Shown: piece after piece, positions 51,973 through 61,496 of the stretch | Layout of the letters: each line of letters begins with the position of its first letter | How positions within the stretch are numbered: position 1 is the stretch's first letter | Assembly: GCA_965248925.1 (NCBI GenBank) | Contig: CBDFLE010000006.1 | Coordinates: 3,392,001-3,456,000 of the forward strand | DNA: 64,000 nt | Source of the DNA: Candidatus Multivoradales bacterium | Lineage (GTDB): Bacteria > Acidobacteriota > Thermoanaerobaculia > Multivoradales > J023 | Reading direction: 5' to 3' | The notes under the pieces: model-generated | Told to the model about the DNA's origin: nothing | Databases searched by the model: none | The model's input: the letters and a program-made list of their open reading frames with translations, nothing else | Translations under genes and position numbers: made by a program

Positions 51973-52815
51973 TCAGTGCAGGTGCCGGGCGCGGGTCGCT
52001 CCGCGGCGTCGGCCATGCACCGCGTCGAGGTCTTGCTCGCGCTTGAGCAGCACGCCGAGGAAGGGTAGTTCTTGCTCCATTTTCTCGGCTGCGATGCCGG
52101 CTCGGCGCAGCGCCGCGATCCAGTCGATCAGTTCGCTGGTGGAGGGGCGCTTGCGTACTTCGGGCTGGTCGCGCAGCCAGTAGAATGCGATCAGTACCTG
52201 GCGCAGCAGCTCTTCTTCGACCTTGGGGTGATGGACGCGGACGATCTCTTCCATCAGTTCTTGATCGGGGAAGGCGATGTAGTGGAAGACGCAGCGCCGG
52301 AGGAAGGCGTCGGGTAGCTCTTTTTCGTTGTTTGAGGTGACCACCACCACCGGCCGTTTTTGGGCGGTGACGATGTCGCCGGTCTCTTCGACCTGGTAGC
52401 TCATCCGATCGAGCTCGTGCAGCAAGTCGTTGGGGAATTCCAGGTCGGCTTTGTCGATCTCGTCGATCAGCAGCACCACCCGCGCAGCGGAGAGCAGGGA
52501 ACGGCCCAGGGGGCCGGGCTTGATGTACTGGCGGATGTCGGAGATGTCGCTGTCGCCGAAGCGGGAGTCGTTGAGCCGCTGGACGGTGTCGTAGACGTAG
52601 AGGCCGTCGCGGGCCTTACTGGTCGATTTGACGTTCCAGGCGATCAGTTCGAGGCCGAGATCTTCGGCTATTGCCTCGGCCAGCACGGTCTTGCCGGTGC
52701 CGGGCTCTCCCTTGATCAGCAGCGGTTTTTCCAGCGCCACGGCAACGTTGACCGCGTCGCGCAGCGCGGGCGAAGCGAGGTAGGAATCGGTGCCGGTGAA
52801 TTGTTCGAAGGACAT
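51973..52815 (-). CDS. MoxR family AAA+ ATPase
   Basis: GEPGTGKT, LIDEIDKAD and SNNEKELPDAFLRRC motifs. Confidence 0.93.
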   Translation of the reverse strand: MSFEQFTGTDSYLASPALRDAVNVAVALEKPLLIKGEPGTGKTVLAEAIAEDLGLELIAWNVKSTSKARDGLYVYDTVQRLNDSRFGDSDISDIRQYIKPGPLGRSLLSAARVVLLIDEIDKADLEFPNDLLHELDRMSYQVEETGDIVTAQKRPVVVVTSNNEKELPDAFLRRCVFHYIAFPDQELMEEIVRVHHPKVEEELLRQVLIAFYWLRDQPEVRKRPSTSELIDWIAALRRAGIAAEKMEQELPFLGVLLKREQDLDAVHGRRRGATRARHLH

Positions 52816-52878
52816 GCAGCGGCACTGTACCAGTCCGTTGGCTGAGGATTGAATAGCGCCGTGCCTCAGCGATAGGCT

Positions 52879-54372
52879 ATGCCCATGCGGACTCTGCGCT
52901 CGGTACTGTGGTTACTGTTGCTCTTTTCCCTGTTGGTCGCCGGAGTTTGGTTGACCCGCCATCCCGATGCCGAACTCGTCCACCGGGCTCGGCAATGGCC
53001 GCTGGTCGGACCGCTGGCGATGGCATTTCAGCGTGCCTACCTGCCACCGCCAGCGCCGGCGCCGCTTCCTCCGGCGGCGGCTGAGAGTTCTACCCCCGGG
53101 TCCATCGACCCGCGCGCCGCTAACCCGCGGCAGGTCGAGCCACGGCGCTTTCCCCCGGACCATCCGCGAGTCTGGGGGCTCAAGGGTATGGAACTCAAAC
53201 GGCAGCCGACGACCGCCGCCGAGACCGTGCTGACTCTGCCGGCCAATGTGCGGCTGCCGAAGCTCGACCAGCAGGGCAGCTGGTATCAGGTCTATCGCCA
53301 AGGTTTCACCGGCTGGGTGCTGCTCGAGAATTACGACGAGCAGGCCGAGGTGCCGTTCGGCAACGCGCCCCTGGCTCCGGGGCCGCTGCAGCCCCGTGAC
53401 GCCGACCCCGAGCAGTTGGCCAGCGCCCGCGAGCTGCTCGGGCCTACCGGCCGTGAGCTGCCCATGGGGCCCTACACTCTCTACACCGATGTCCTCGATG
53501 AGACTCTGATCAGCTACCTCGCTGGACTGGCGGAGCAGCTCGATGGGGTCTATGCGGCGCGCTACGGTCGTCAGCCGTTGGCTACGCCGCGAGCGGCGCT
53601 GGTGCTCTACCGGGGCGAGGGCGGCTACCGTCTGCTCAAGCGACGTTCTGGCAAGTTGGCTGGCTTGCACGCCGCCGGTCATGCCTCGGGGGGCATGGCG
53701 GCGACCTTCGTGGGCCGGCGTTCGGCGGCGCAGGTCGGGATCACGGTGGTGCATGAGCTGGTACATCTGGTCAATCGCCGCGCTCTCGGCCCGGCCTTGC
53801 CGCCTTGGCTCGACGAAGGGCTGGCCGATGGCCTCGCTCTCTCTCGGGTCAACAGCGCCGGTGCGTTGCAGCCCGAGCAACTCGGTGGTGAGATTCTGGA
53901 GAATGCTGAGCGCCGGACCTTCACCGAAGGAATGTCGTCCCTGTGGCTAGTCGAGCAGCGTCGGCGGGATGGCCGCCTGCCGCGGCTGAGCACTTTGCTG
54001 CGGTTGGATTGGGATAGCTTCGTCGGTGACGAGATCGCCCTGCACTATGCTTCCAGCGCGCTGTGGCTGCGTTTTCTGCTCGATGGCGAGGGGGGGCGCC
54101 GGGCAGCGGCGCTGCGGCGCTTTCTCGATGCCGTGGCTGCGGGTGGACCCGCCTCCGCCGATCGCCTGCGGCAGGCCATCGCCGAGCCGTGGCCAACGCT
54201 GGAAGTCAGCTACCGACGCTGGGTCGAGGAGCTGGCGATCGAGCACGGTGTGGCCGCTCTGCAATCGGCTCTTCTGGTCTGCTGTCGGTTCGGGGTGCCT
54301 TTTGCTACCATGCCTGAATCTTGGTGGCCACCTGGACGTGGGCCGGGCCAATTCAGTGGAGAGGCTGGCTAG
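52879..54372 (+). CDS. Membrane-anchored SH3-like plus zincin metallopeptidase-like protein
   Basis: N-terminal TM; SWYQV...GFTGWV (SH3b-like); HELVH...PPWLDEGLA. Confidence 0.7.
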   Translation: MPMRTLRSVLWLLLLFSLLVAGVWLTRHPDAELVHRARQWPLVGPLAMAFQRAYLPPPAPAPLPPAAAESSTPGSIDPRAANPRQVEPRRFPPDHPRVWGLKGMELKRQPTTAAETVLTLPANVRLPKLDQQGSWYQVYRQGFTGWVLLENYDEQAEVPFGNAPLAPGPLQPRDADPEQLASARELLGPTGRELPMGPYTLYTDVLDETLISYLAGLAEQLDGVYAARYGRQPLATPRAALVLYRGEGGYRLLKRRSGKLAGLHAAGHASGGMAATFVGRRSAAQVGITVVHELVHLVNRRALGPALPPWLDEGLADGLALSRVNSAGALQPEQLGGEILENAERRTFTEGMSSLWLVEQRRRDGRLPRLSTLLRLDWDSFVGDEIALHYASSALWLRFLLDGEGGRRAAALRRFLDAVAAGGPASADRLRQAIAEPWPTLEVSYRRWVEELAIEHGVAALQSALLVCCRFGVPFATMPESWWPPGRGPGQFSGEAG

Positions 54373-54459
54373 TGAGCCGCCAGTGAGCAAGGTGGCCAGC
54401 GAACAAGCTGGCGCCGCGACAACCGCCACCGGTTCTGGTGGCTGGGAAACTCAAAAAGC

Positions 54460-56028
54460 ATGAAAGTGAACAAGGCGACACTCGGGGTGTGGGCCGCCGT
54501 GCTGCTCGGCGGCTGTCTCAGTGAGCCGCCACCGCCGCGCTTGCCAGCGGGTACCGATATCGTGCTGATCACCGTCGATACGTTGCGGGCGGATCGCCTC
54601 GGCGCCTATGGCCACCCGGCCGCGCGGACGCCGAACATCGACCAGTTGGCGGCTGCAGGGAGGGTCTTTCATCAGGCGACGACCCCCTTTCCCCGCACCA
54701 CCCCGGCGCTGGCCTCGTTGCTCAGTGGGCTGTGGCCGCAGCATCATGGTTCGCGAGAAGTGGGCCAGCGGCCGAAGAAGGTGCCGCTGATCTCGGAGCT
54801 GCTGCAAGCCCAGGGCTATTTCACCGTCGGGGTCAGCGCCAATGGCGCCGCCGGCCGACATCAGCAGATGGACCGCGGCTTTGATCTCTTTCTCGACCAC
54901 CAGGATTTGAAGTCGGGCCGCGCCTCACAGGTTACCCACCAGACCGCCGAGTTGCTCGATCAAGTGCCGACCGAGCAGCCGCTGTTCCTCTGGGTGCATT
55001 ACATCGACCCCCACTTTCCCTACCTGCCGCCACAGGCCTGGGTGCCGGAAGGGGTCGAGCCTTGCCTCGCCCTGATGCGCGAGCAGCGCCAGACCGTCGG
55101 CCGGATCATCAGCAATCGGGATGGCATCGCCGCCGCGGTGCGCGACGATTGCCTGCGGCTTTACGATGCCGAGTTGGCCTACACCGACGACCACTTGGGC
55201 GGGCTGCTCGCAGCCCTCGATGGAGTGAGCAGATTGAAGGATACGCTGCTGATCTTCACCGCCGACCACGGCGACAACCAGGGCGAGCAAGGGCTGTACT
55301 TTCAGCACGGTCCGAATGTCGACGACGCCAGCCTGGTGGTGCCGCTGATCATTCGCGGACCAGGCATCGAGCCCGGCGCCGACCACGAGGTAGTGCGGCT
55401 GGAGGATATCCCCCCCACCTTGCTGAGCTTGCTCGGAGTACCCGCGGAAGACTGGCCGCTCTTCGACGGCGAAGACTTCGCGGCTCGCCTGGGCTCACCC
55501 TCGGCCCGGCGGCGGCCTGATCAGCGGTTGGCTTTGGCGGAGAGCGGCAGCTCGCTGATGGTCGAGTCGCACGGCTATCTGCATTCCGGCCGGGCGCACA
55601 AGTTCTCTTGCTTGAACGCCCGCCAATATGCACTGTGCAGCCAAGTCGGGGAAGAGCCCAAGCTGTACGATCATGTGGCCGATCCTGATCTCGAACACGA
55701 TCTCTCGGCTGAGCTGCCGGCGGTGGTCAGGCGGCTCAGTGAGGCACGTCAGCTGTGGCCACCGGAGCACGCCCGCGAGCGCACCGCTCGCACGCCGCGT
55801 TTCAAACTGGTCGAACGGCCGTTGCTGCAAGGCGGCCACCGCCGCTTTCTCTACGATCTGCAGGCCGATCCCGCCGCTGAGCACGATGTGCTGGGTCAGC
55901 ATCCGGAGGTCGCCCGACGCCTCGGTACCGCGCTCGATGCCTGGGCCGTCGACTTGCCGATGCACCAGGTACCGGAACGCGACGAGGAAGAGATCGAGGC
56001 ATTGCGCGCCCTGGGCTACATTCACTGA
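54460..56028 (+). CDS. Sulfatase-like (alkaline phosphatase superfamily) lipoprotein
   Basis: Lipobox LGGC; ITVDTLRAD, HYIDPH, TADHG and LRALGY; nucleophile position reads T-T-P-A-L. Confidence 0.88.
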   Translation: MKVNKATLGVWAAVLLGGCLSEPPPPRLPAGTDIVLITVDTLRADRLGAYGHPAARTPNIDQLAAAGRVFHQATTPFPRTTPALASLLSGLWPQHHGSREVGQRPKKVPLISELLQAQGYFTVGVSANGAAGRHQQMDRGFDLFLDHQDLKSGRASQVTHQTAELLDQVPTEQPLFLWVHYIDPHFPYLPPQAWVPEGVEPCLALMREQRQTVGRIISNRDGIAAAVRDDCLRLYDAELAYTDDHLGGLLAALDGVSRLKDTLLIFTADHGDNQGEQGLYFQHGPNVDDASLVVPLIIRGPGIEPGADHEVVRLEDIPPTLLSLLGVPAEDWPLFDGEDFAARLGSPSARRRPDQRLALAESGSSLMVESHGYLHSGRAHKFSCLNARQYALCSQVGEEPKLYDHVADPDLEHDLSAELPAVVRRLSEARQLWPPEHARERTARTPRFKLVERPLLQGGHRRFLYDLQADPAAEHDVLGQHPEVARRLGTALDAWAVDLPMHQVPERDEEEIEALRALGYIH

Positions 56029-56096
56029 GCAAATGTTAAGCAAGCTCAGGGTGGATTCAAAATGCGACTAGAGCATAGAATATTCTTCTACTGTCC

Positions 56097-56891
56097 GTGG
56101 AGAAACCGAATCTGATGTCCGTTGCCACCGCCAAACCTCAGCTGTCGATCGTCATTCCGGTGGTCGACGAGGCTGAGAACATCGCCTCGGTGTTCGCTGA
56201 GCTGCAAGGCAAGCTGGCGCGTCATGGTGGCTATGAGGTGGTATTTGTCGACGACGGCAGCCGCGATTCGACGGTCGAAGAGATCCAACAGCTGATCGCT
56301 GAGCACCCCCATGTGCGGCTGGTGCGCCATCGCGGCAACTGCGGCAAGAGCGCGGCGCTAATCACTGGTGCCACCGCCGCGCGGGCCGATTGGGTGGTCA
56401 ACATGGATGGCGACGGCCAGAACGATCCTGACGACCTATGGCGCCTGGTCGAAGCCTCGCGCCGCGCCGATGCCCCGGCCGATCTGCTGCTGGTGGCCGG
56501 ACAGAGGCGCAAGCGCAACGACACCCGGTTGAAGCAAATTTCCTCTAGAGTCGCCAATCGCGTGCGTCGTGGGATCACCGGCGATCCCACTCCCGATGCC
56601 GCTTGCGGTTTGAAGCTCTACCGCCGCGATGTCTTCTTGCAGTTGCCGCGTTTCGACAACATGCACCGCTTTCTCTCGGCGCTCTTTCTGCGCCACGGTG
56701 GCAGTGTGGTGTCGGTTCTGGTGGAGGATCGGCCACGGGCCGCGGGCCAATCGAAGTACGGCTTTTTCGACCGCCTGTGGGTCGGCATTGCCGATCTCTT
56801 CGGGGTGATGTGGCTGCAACGCCGGCGGTTGCGCGCCGACTTGCTCGACGACCAAGACTTGTCCGCCGATGAGACGGAGCATTGCCGATGA
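56097..56891 (+). CDS. GT2 polyprenol-phosphate glycosyltransferase (Dpm1/ArnC-like)
   Basis: FVDDGSRD, GKSAA, MDGDGQNDP, DAACGLK, MHRF and GQSKY motifs. Confidence 0.92.
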   Translation: MEKPNLMSVATAKPQLSIVIPVVDEAENIASVFAELQGKLARHGGYEVVFVDDGSRDSTVEEIQQLIAEHPHVRLVRHRGNCGKSAALITGATAARADWVVNMDGDGQNDPDDLWRLVEASRRADAPADLLLVAGQRRKRNDTRLKQISSRVANRVRRGITGDPTPDAACGLKLYRRDVFLQLPRFDNMHRFLSALFLRHGGSVVSVLVEDRPRAAGQSKYGFFDRLWVGIADLFGVMWLQRRRLRADLLDDQDLSADETEHCR

Positions 56892-57175
56892 AAATGGAAA
56901 CCATCTGGCTACTGGTCGGCTTCGCCGGTCAGGGCTGTTTCTTCATGCGCTTTCTGGTGCAGTGGATCTCCAGTGAGCGGCAGCAGAAGAGCGTCATCCC
57001 GGTGGCGTTCTGGTACTTCAGCATTTTCGGCGCGCTGATCATCCTGGCTTATGCCATCCATCGTGGCGACCCGGTCTTTATCGTCGGTCAAACTACCGGC
57101 TTGCTGATCTACACCCGCAATCTAATGTTGCTCAGCCGCGAAAAGCAGAAAAAGGGCGCCGCCGCTGGGCAGTAG
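56888..57175 (+). CDS. Lipid-A-disaccharide synthase N-terminal (LAB_N) domain membrane protein
   Basis: GFAGQ..F..RFLVQW..SE...SVIPVAFWYFS, DPVFIVGQ, YTRNL. Confidence 0.92.
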   Translation: MKMETIWLLVGFAGQGCFFMRFLVQWISSERQQKSVIPVAFWYFSIFGALIILAYAIHRGDPVFIVGQTTGLLIYTRNLMLLSREKQKKGAAAGQ

Positions 57176-58909
57176 CTACTCGCCGCTGGCGACCAGCAGC
57201 CGCAGCTTCTCGGGCAGGCGCAGGGGGCGGTAGACCTGCTGCCATTCGAGCCTGCCATAGGCCTTGAGCCGGCCGCTGGCGATGCCCGCGGGGGTAGCGG
57301 CGACGTAGCCTTCCCAGCCAGTCTTCATTGCCCCCCTGCCTTTGCTCTTGGCCACGGAAGGACGGTGGATGCCGGTGATCAACTCGCCACGCACCCGACC
57401 CTCGTTGTCGATCAGCAAGACTTCGGCGACCCGCCCCTCGGGCGCCCAGGCCCAGCCCTTGAGGCGTAGCAGGCGGCCGCTGCCCACCTTGACCACTTCG
57501 CTGATGTAGCCCTGTAGCTGGAGGCCGGGTTTGGGCACCAGCCGGGTGGGATCTACCGTCCGTGGTTCGGGCGGCGCGAGCTGACGATCAAAGGGAACAT
57601 GGCCAGTGGCGCGGAGGAAGGGCTCGACCTCCCAGACCTGCTGTGGGCTAGGGGTCATCGAGCGCTGGATCAGCGCATCGTCGTGGTAGCCGCGGCGCAG
57701 TGATAGGGCAGTCACCGGTTGCCGCGAGGCGCGGTTGACGAAGGCGTCGAGGGTTTGCAGGCCGCGGCGGTAGTGGTTCAGCTCCAGGCCACCGACGATC
57801 AGCACGAAAGCCGTCGTCGTGGCCATCGCCAGTCGTGGATGGCGCTGCCTGAGGGCGTGCAGCAGCAGCGCCGCCAGCACCAACAAGCCGATCCAATACA
57901 GACCCGGAAGGGAGGCGTAGCGCGAGGCCAGAGCCTGCGCCTCTCCCTTGCCAGAGCGGCCGATCGCCGTTCCCAGGGCGCTGGCAAAGGCGTAGATCTG
58001 CAACATCACGAAGGGCACTGCTAGTCGTCGCAGGGCGCGATCTCCCCAGACCCACAGCAGTCCGAGGCCCACCGGCCAGGCGGCCAGCGCCGCCCAGCCG
58101 AGCCAGATGGCGCGATGCGGCTGGGTGGTGAACAGCGAGCCCATGTAGATCCCCAGATAGCGCCAGAGAGTGCCGAAGTCGGAGGTGTTGGGCTCGGGGT
58201 GGGCCGGCATCACCTTGAAGCGCAGGAAAACCACCAGATAGACCGCCACGGCTGCAAGCGCCAGCAGGGCGAGCTGGCGGCGATCGCGGCGCAAGGCGAT
58301 GGCACCGACCAAGAGGGCGGGCCACATCGCCAGGCTAGTGCTGTAGGACAGTGCTCCCACCAGACCCATGGCGGTGATTGCCAGCAGCGGCTTCAGCTGG
58401 CCAGCGTCGGTGCGCCGTACCAGGACGGTGATCGACAGCACCGCCAAGGCATTGGCCAAGAACCACTGGGTGCCGCTGAAGGCCATGGCGACGTTGTGGG
58501 CCGCCACCGGGGTGAAGGCTAGGGAAGCAACGATAAACGCCAGGCCGGCGTGCTCCCAAGGCGAGCCCCTGAGCGGTGGCGGCAGCAGTCGATAGAGGCA
58601 GCCCGCCACCAACGCCATCAAGGCCAAAGTGAACAACGCCAGGGTGCGATTGGTGCCGGCGAAGAGGTAGGTGTTGAGGACGTAGATCAGGGTCGGGAAA
58701 GTGGCTCGGTGCTCGTTCGACTTGACCGTCAACCAGGTGCCGAGGTCATGGGTCAGATGATCACCGTCGAGCACTCGGGCGAGGATGCCGTAGTAGTCGT
58801 TGTTTTGCAGCGTGCCGAAGCTCGGCCAGTGGAGCAGATAGACCAGTGGCGGCAGGATCAGCGCGGCCCACACGAAGGCCTTGCGCAGGGCTGGAGAGGA
58901 GAGGCTCAT
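57176..58909 (-). CDS. Multipass membrane protein, possibly GT-C glycosyltransferase-like
   Basis: TM1 followed by NDYY...NEHR loop; ~11 TMs; GRS...ASRY motif; soluble C-terminal domain; ATG at 58909 avoids overlap with moaDE. Confidence 0.7.
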   Translation of the reverse strand: MSLSSPALRKAFVWAALILPPLVYLLHWPSFGTLQNNDYYGILARVLDGDHLTHDLGTWLTVKSNEHRATFPTLIYVLNTYLFAGTNRTLALFTLALMALVAGCLYRLLPPPLRGSPWEHAGLAFIVASLAFTPVAAHNVAMAFSGTQWFLANALAVLSITVLVRRTDAGQLKPLLAITAMGLVGALSYSTSLAMWPALLVGAIALRRDRRQLALLALAAVAVYLVVFLRFKVMPAHPEPNTSDFGTLWRYLGIYMGSLFTTQPHRAIWLGWAALAAWPVGLGLLWVWGDRALRRLAVPFVMLQIYAFASALGTAIGRSGKGEAQALASRYASLPGLYWIGLLVLAALLLHALRQRHPRLAMATTTAFVLIVGGLELNHYRRGLQTLDAFVNRASRQPVTALSLRRGYHDDALIQRSMTPSPQQVWEVEPFLRATGHVPFDRQLAPPEPRTVDPTRLVPKPGLQLQGYISEVVKVGSGRLLRLKGWAWAPEGRVAEVLLIDNEGRVRGELITGIHRPSVAKSKGRGAMKTGWEGYVAATPAGIASGRLKAYGRLEWQQVYRPLRLPEKLRLLVASGE

Positions 58910-58931
58910 GGCGGCAAGCGACTCGTTGGGC

Positions 58932-59642
58932 TCAGCTGCTGGCCGAAGGTGCCGGTTGGGCCTCGGCGGCGAGTGGCTCGACCTCTCGCCACTCGGCGCC
59001 GCCATCGACGAAATGCTCTTTCTTCCAGATCGGAACTTCGTGTTTGAGCCGTTCCAGAGCCTCGCGGCTGGCGCTATAGGCCGCTTCGCGGTGAGGTGAG
59101 GCGGCGACGATGACGACGCTGGTATCACCCGCCCGCACCTCGCCCAGCCGGTGGACGATCGCCACTCGCAAATCGTCGCCGGCCGCTTCGCTCTCGCTGA
59201 CGATGCGCTCGATGGCTTTGGTGGCCATCGAGCGATAGGCGCTGTAGCCCAGGTGGCTTACCGGTCGTCCTTGGTGGCTGTCGCGGACGACGCCGTGAAA
59301 GGTCAGGAGGGCGCCGCGCCGTGCTGAGCGGACCTGGGCCTCGACCGCCGCACTATCGATCGGGCCATCGATCAACACCGCGGCAGCGGGTTCGCCGGAG
59401 CCGCCTGAGACTGGCGGTAGCAGGGCCACTTCACAGCCCTCTTCGAGGGCCGGATCATCCCGCACCAGCTGGCCGTCGATGGCTACCGCCAGCCGCGGCC
59501 AGATGGCCTCGAACTCGCGGTGGCGGCGGCGCAGTTCGGTGGCTACGGCGCTCAGCCGAGAGTCCCGCGGCAGCTCTAGTTCGAACTCTTCATGACCGAG
59601 TAGGTCGCCAGCGGTGGCGAAGGCCACGACACGGATTTTCAT
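58932..59642 (-). CDS. Fused MoaD-MoaE molybdopterin synthase
   Basis: MoaD ending LPPVSGG, then MoaE FHGVVR, HRLG, SPHR and PIWKKE motifs. Confidence 0.92.
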   Translation of the reverse strand: MKIRVVAFATAGDLLGHEEFELELPRDSRLSAVATELRRRHREFEAIWPRLAVAIDGQLVRDDPALEEGCEVALLPPVSGGSGEPAAAVLIDGPIDSAAVEAQVRSARRGALLTFHGVVRDSHQGRPVSHLGYSAYRSMATKAIERIVSESEAAGDDLRVAIVHRLGEVRAGDTSVVIVAASPHREAAYSASREALERLKHEVPIWKKEHFVDGGAEWREVEPLAAEAQPAPSASS

Positions 59643-59726
59643 GGTCGGAATGCTAGCAGGTTGTCCCCCCGTTCGCCTTGGTTGGCTTGCGGGTGATGGC
59701 GCGGTGGCAGCGGTTTTCTCGCGTAC

Positions 59727-61208
59727 TCAGCTCGCGGTCTTGGGGCGGGCGAAGTAGAGCTTGCGGCTGCCGCCCAAGATCTCCAAGGTGTCGAGAACTT
59801 GCCAGCGTGCGGTGAGCAGGCGCTCGAAAACTTCAAGTTCGTAGTCCCGATAGATGTCCGGCTTGTTGCGCAGCAGCCGTTTGACCATCGGATCGTTCTT
59901 GGCGACGAACTCGATCACCAACTCGGCGCCGAGCCCGTGCAGCCAGTCGAGGACCTCGCCCAAGGGCAGATGGGCGCTGATCACCAGATGGTGGATCAGC
60001 GCCAGGGCGAGCACTAAATCGGGCTGTCGGCGTTGGTCGAGGGCACGGCGCTCGCGACCGCGCCAGCCGCGGGCCGGCGAGAGGTCGGCAAGGTTGCAAT
60101 AGAGTGGCAAGATGTTGTCGGGACCGTCGGTCGACAGCGCCCGATACATACGCTCTACTGCCAGGTGATCGCCGTCGAGGGCTACCACGTAGTCAGCGTG
60201 GCGAGCGACGATGCGGCTGTAGTCGCCGGTGTTGGCGCCCAGATCCCAGGCCAGCTGCCGCCTTTTACCTGCGGCGGCGCGCTCGACGAAGTCGGCCTTT
60301 TTCCGTCGCTCGGACTCGTCGTAGCTGTTGTCGCTGGCGTAGCCGCCCCATTCCGAGGCGCCGCGCCGCCAGCGCAGCTTGCCGATCAGCCGTTGCAAGC
60401 GGGTGACATTGGCGGTAATGACCTCTTTCTTGAAGGCGGTTTTCTTCAGCTCTGCGCGCACCGACTGATCGCCAGCGGCATTGTGCGCCTGCAACTTGGC
60501 TTGCAGATAGACATCGGCCAAGACTCCGGGGCGCAGGCGGTCGCGGAGTGAGAACAGACGGTTAGCTTGTTCGGGGGTGATGCCATCGATGGCGCCACGC
60601 AGCCAGGGTTGGAAGGGCAAGTCACGGTGGGCGGTGAGTAGCAGCGGGAATAGGAACAGCTGGCAGAACTGCAAATAACCGACCCAGGGCTCGCCGGGTT
60701 GCCAGGGCTCGAAGGAGGCGATGTCGATGAAAGTTGGCCGCCGGCCGACGAATTGGATGTTGTAAGCGCTCGCGTCTTTGAGCGTCAAATCCTCGGCCAG
60801 CGCCTCTCGTAGCAGCTCCAGCTGGAGCAAGGCGCCATCGCGCAGCATGCTGAAACACCACTCGTAGGGATAGGAGAGGAAAGGAATCTTGGCGTGCTCG
60901 AGGACTCCTGTCCAGCGCTCGATGCCCGCCGGGGTGACGGTCTGCAACACCGCCGGGTCGAGTTTGGCTTCGCGGGTCTCGACCAGCTTGCCGGCGGCCA
61001 CCGCGCGGGTGAATAGACCGCTCTTGGCCAGTACCCGCCAAGCCGCCCAGGCGTCGGCGCTCAGCGCTCGGTAGATCTTGTCTTGGTGATGAAAAACCCG
61101 GCCCTGGCGGTCACGGAAGGAACCGCCGTCCAGCTGCGCGCTGCTGGGCTGAGGGGCGCTGGGGCGAGAATCGGTCAATCGGGCACCGTCAGGAGCCAGG
61201 TTCGTCAT
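59727..61208 (-). CDS. NoeA-like class I SAM-dependent methyltransferase with kinase-like N-terminal region
   Basis: GSFRD, SYPYEWCF, LKDASAYNIQF, FIDIASF, DLGANTG and LALIHHL motifs. Confidence 0.85.
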   Translation of the reverse strand: MTNLAPDGARLTDSRPSAPQPSSAQLDGGSFRDRQGRVFHHQDKIYRALSADAWAAWRVLAKSGLFTRAVAAGKLVETREAKLDPAVLQTVTPAGIERWTGVLEHAKIPFLSYPYEWCFSMLRDGALLQLELLREALAEDLTLKDASAYNIQFVGRRPTFIDIASFEPWQPGEPWVGYLQFCQLFLFPLLLTAHRDLPFQPWLRGAIDGITPEQANRLFSLRDRLRPGVLADVYLQAKLQAHNAAGDQSVRAELKKTAFKKEVITANVTRLQRLIGKLRWRRGASEWGGYASDNSYDESERRKKADFVERAAAGKRRQLAWDLGANTGDYSRIVARHADYVVALDGDHLAVERMYRALSTDGPDNILPLYCNLADLSPARGWRGRERRALDQRRQPDLVLALALIHHLVISAHLPLGEVLDWLHGLGAELVIEFVAKNDPMVKRLLRNKPDIYRDYELEVFERLLTARWQVLDTLEILGGSRKLYFARPKTAS

Positions 61209-61401
61209 GCTCGGTCTTCTTGATCCCGAATAGGCTCAGTAGCTTGCTCCAATAGAGCTTGAGCAGCACCGCAATTCCAGCGACTCCGCCGAGAATCATC
61301 TGCACCACCATGCTGCCCGACGCTGGATCTAGATAGGCGTGGGCCGAGGGCGCCAGGAGAATCGATAACAGGGCAAAGAGCGTCAGCAAGGGGCGACACA
61401 T
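61189..61401 (-). CDS. Small membrane protein with AYLDP(A/G)SGS motif
   Basis: Signal-like N-terminus ending AHA, then YLDPASGS, a TM and a basic tail; GGAG RBS; overlaps the methyltransferase start. Confidence 0.8.
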   Translation of the reverse strand: MCRPLLTLFALLSILLAPSAHAYLDPASGSMVVQMILGGVAGIAVLLKLYWSKLLSLFGIKKTEHDEPGS

Positions 61402-61458
61402 GGGTGGATCTCCAGGCAGCTAGCGAGTTGGGGATGACCAGTTGGGGATAGCGACGGC

Positions 61459-61496
61459 TCGACAGTGGATCGACAGTGGATCGACAGTGGATCGAC
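61459..61496. repeat. 11-bp tandem repeat x3.5 (TCGACAGTGGA)
   Basis: Three exact copies plus TCGAC in a divergent intergenic region. Confidence 0.9.

Noticed and set aside
50053-52815. Uma2 and MoxR/VWA as a defence system
   Set aside because: Both are widespread; nothing beyond adjacency links them
61459-61496. Tandem repeats here and at 17465 as CRISPR arrays
   Set aside because: Units are 11-12 bp, have no spacers, and no cas genes are present
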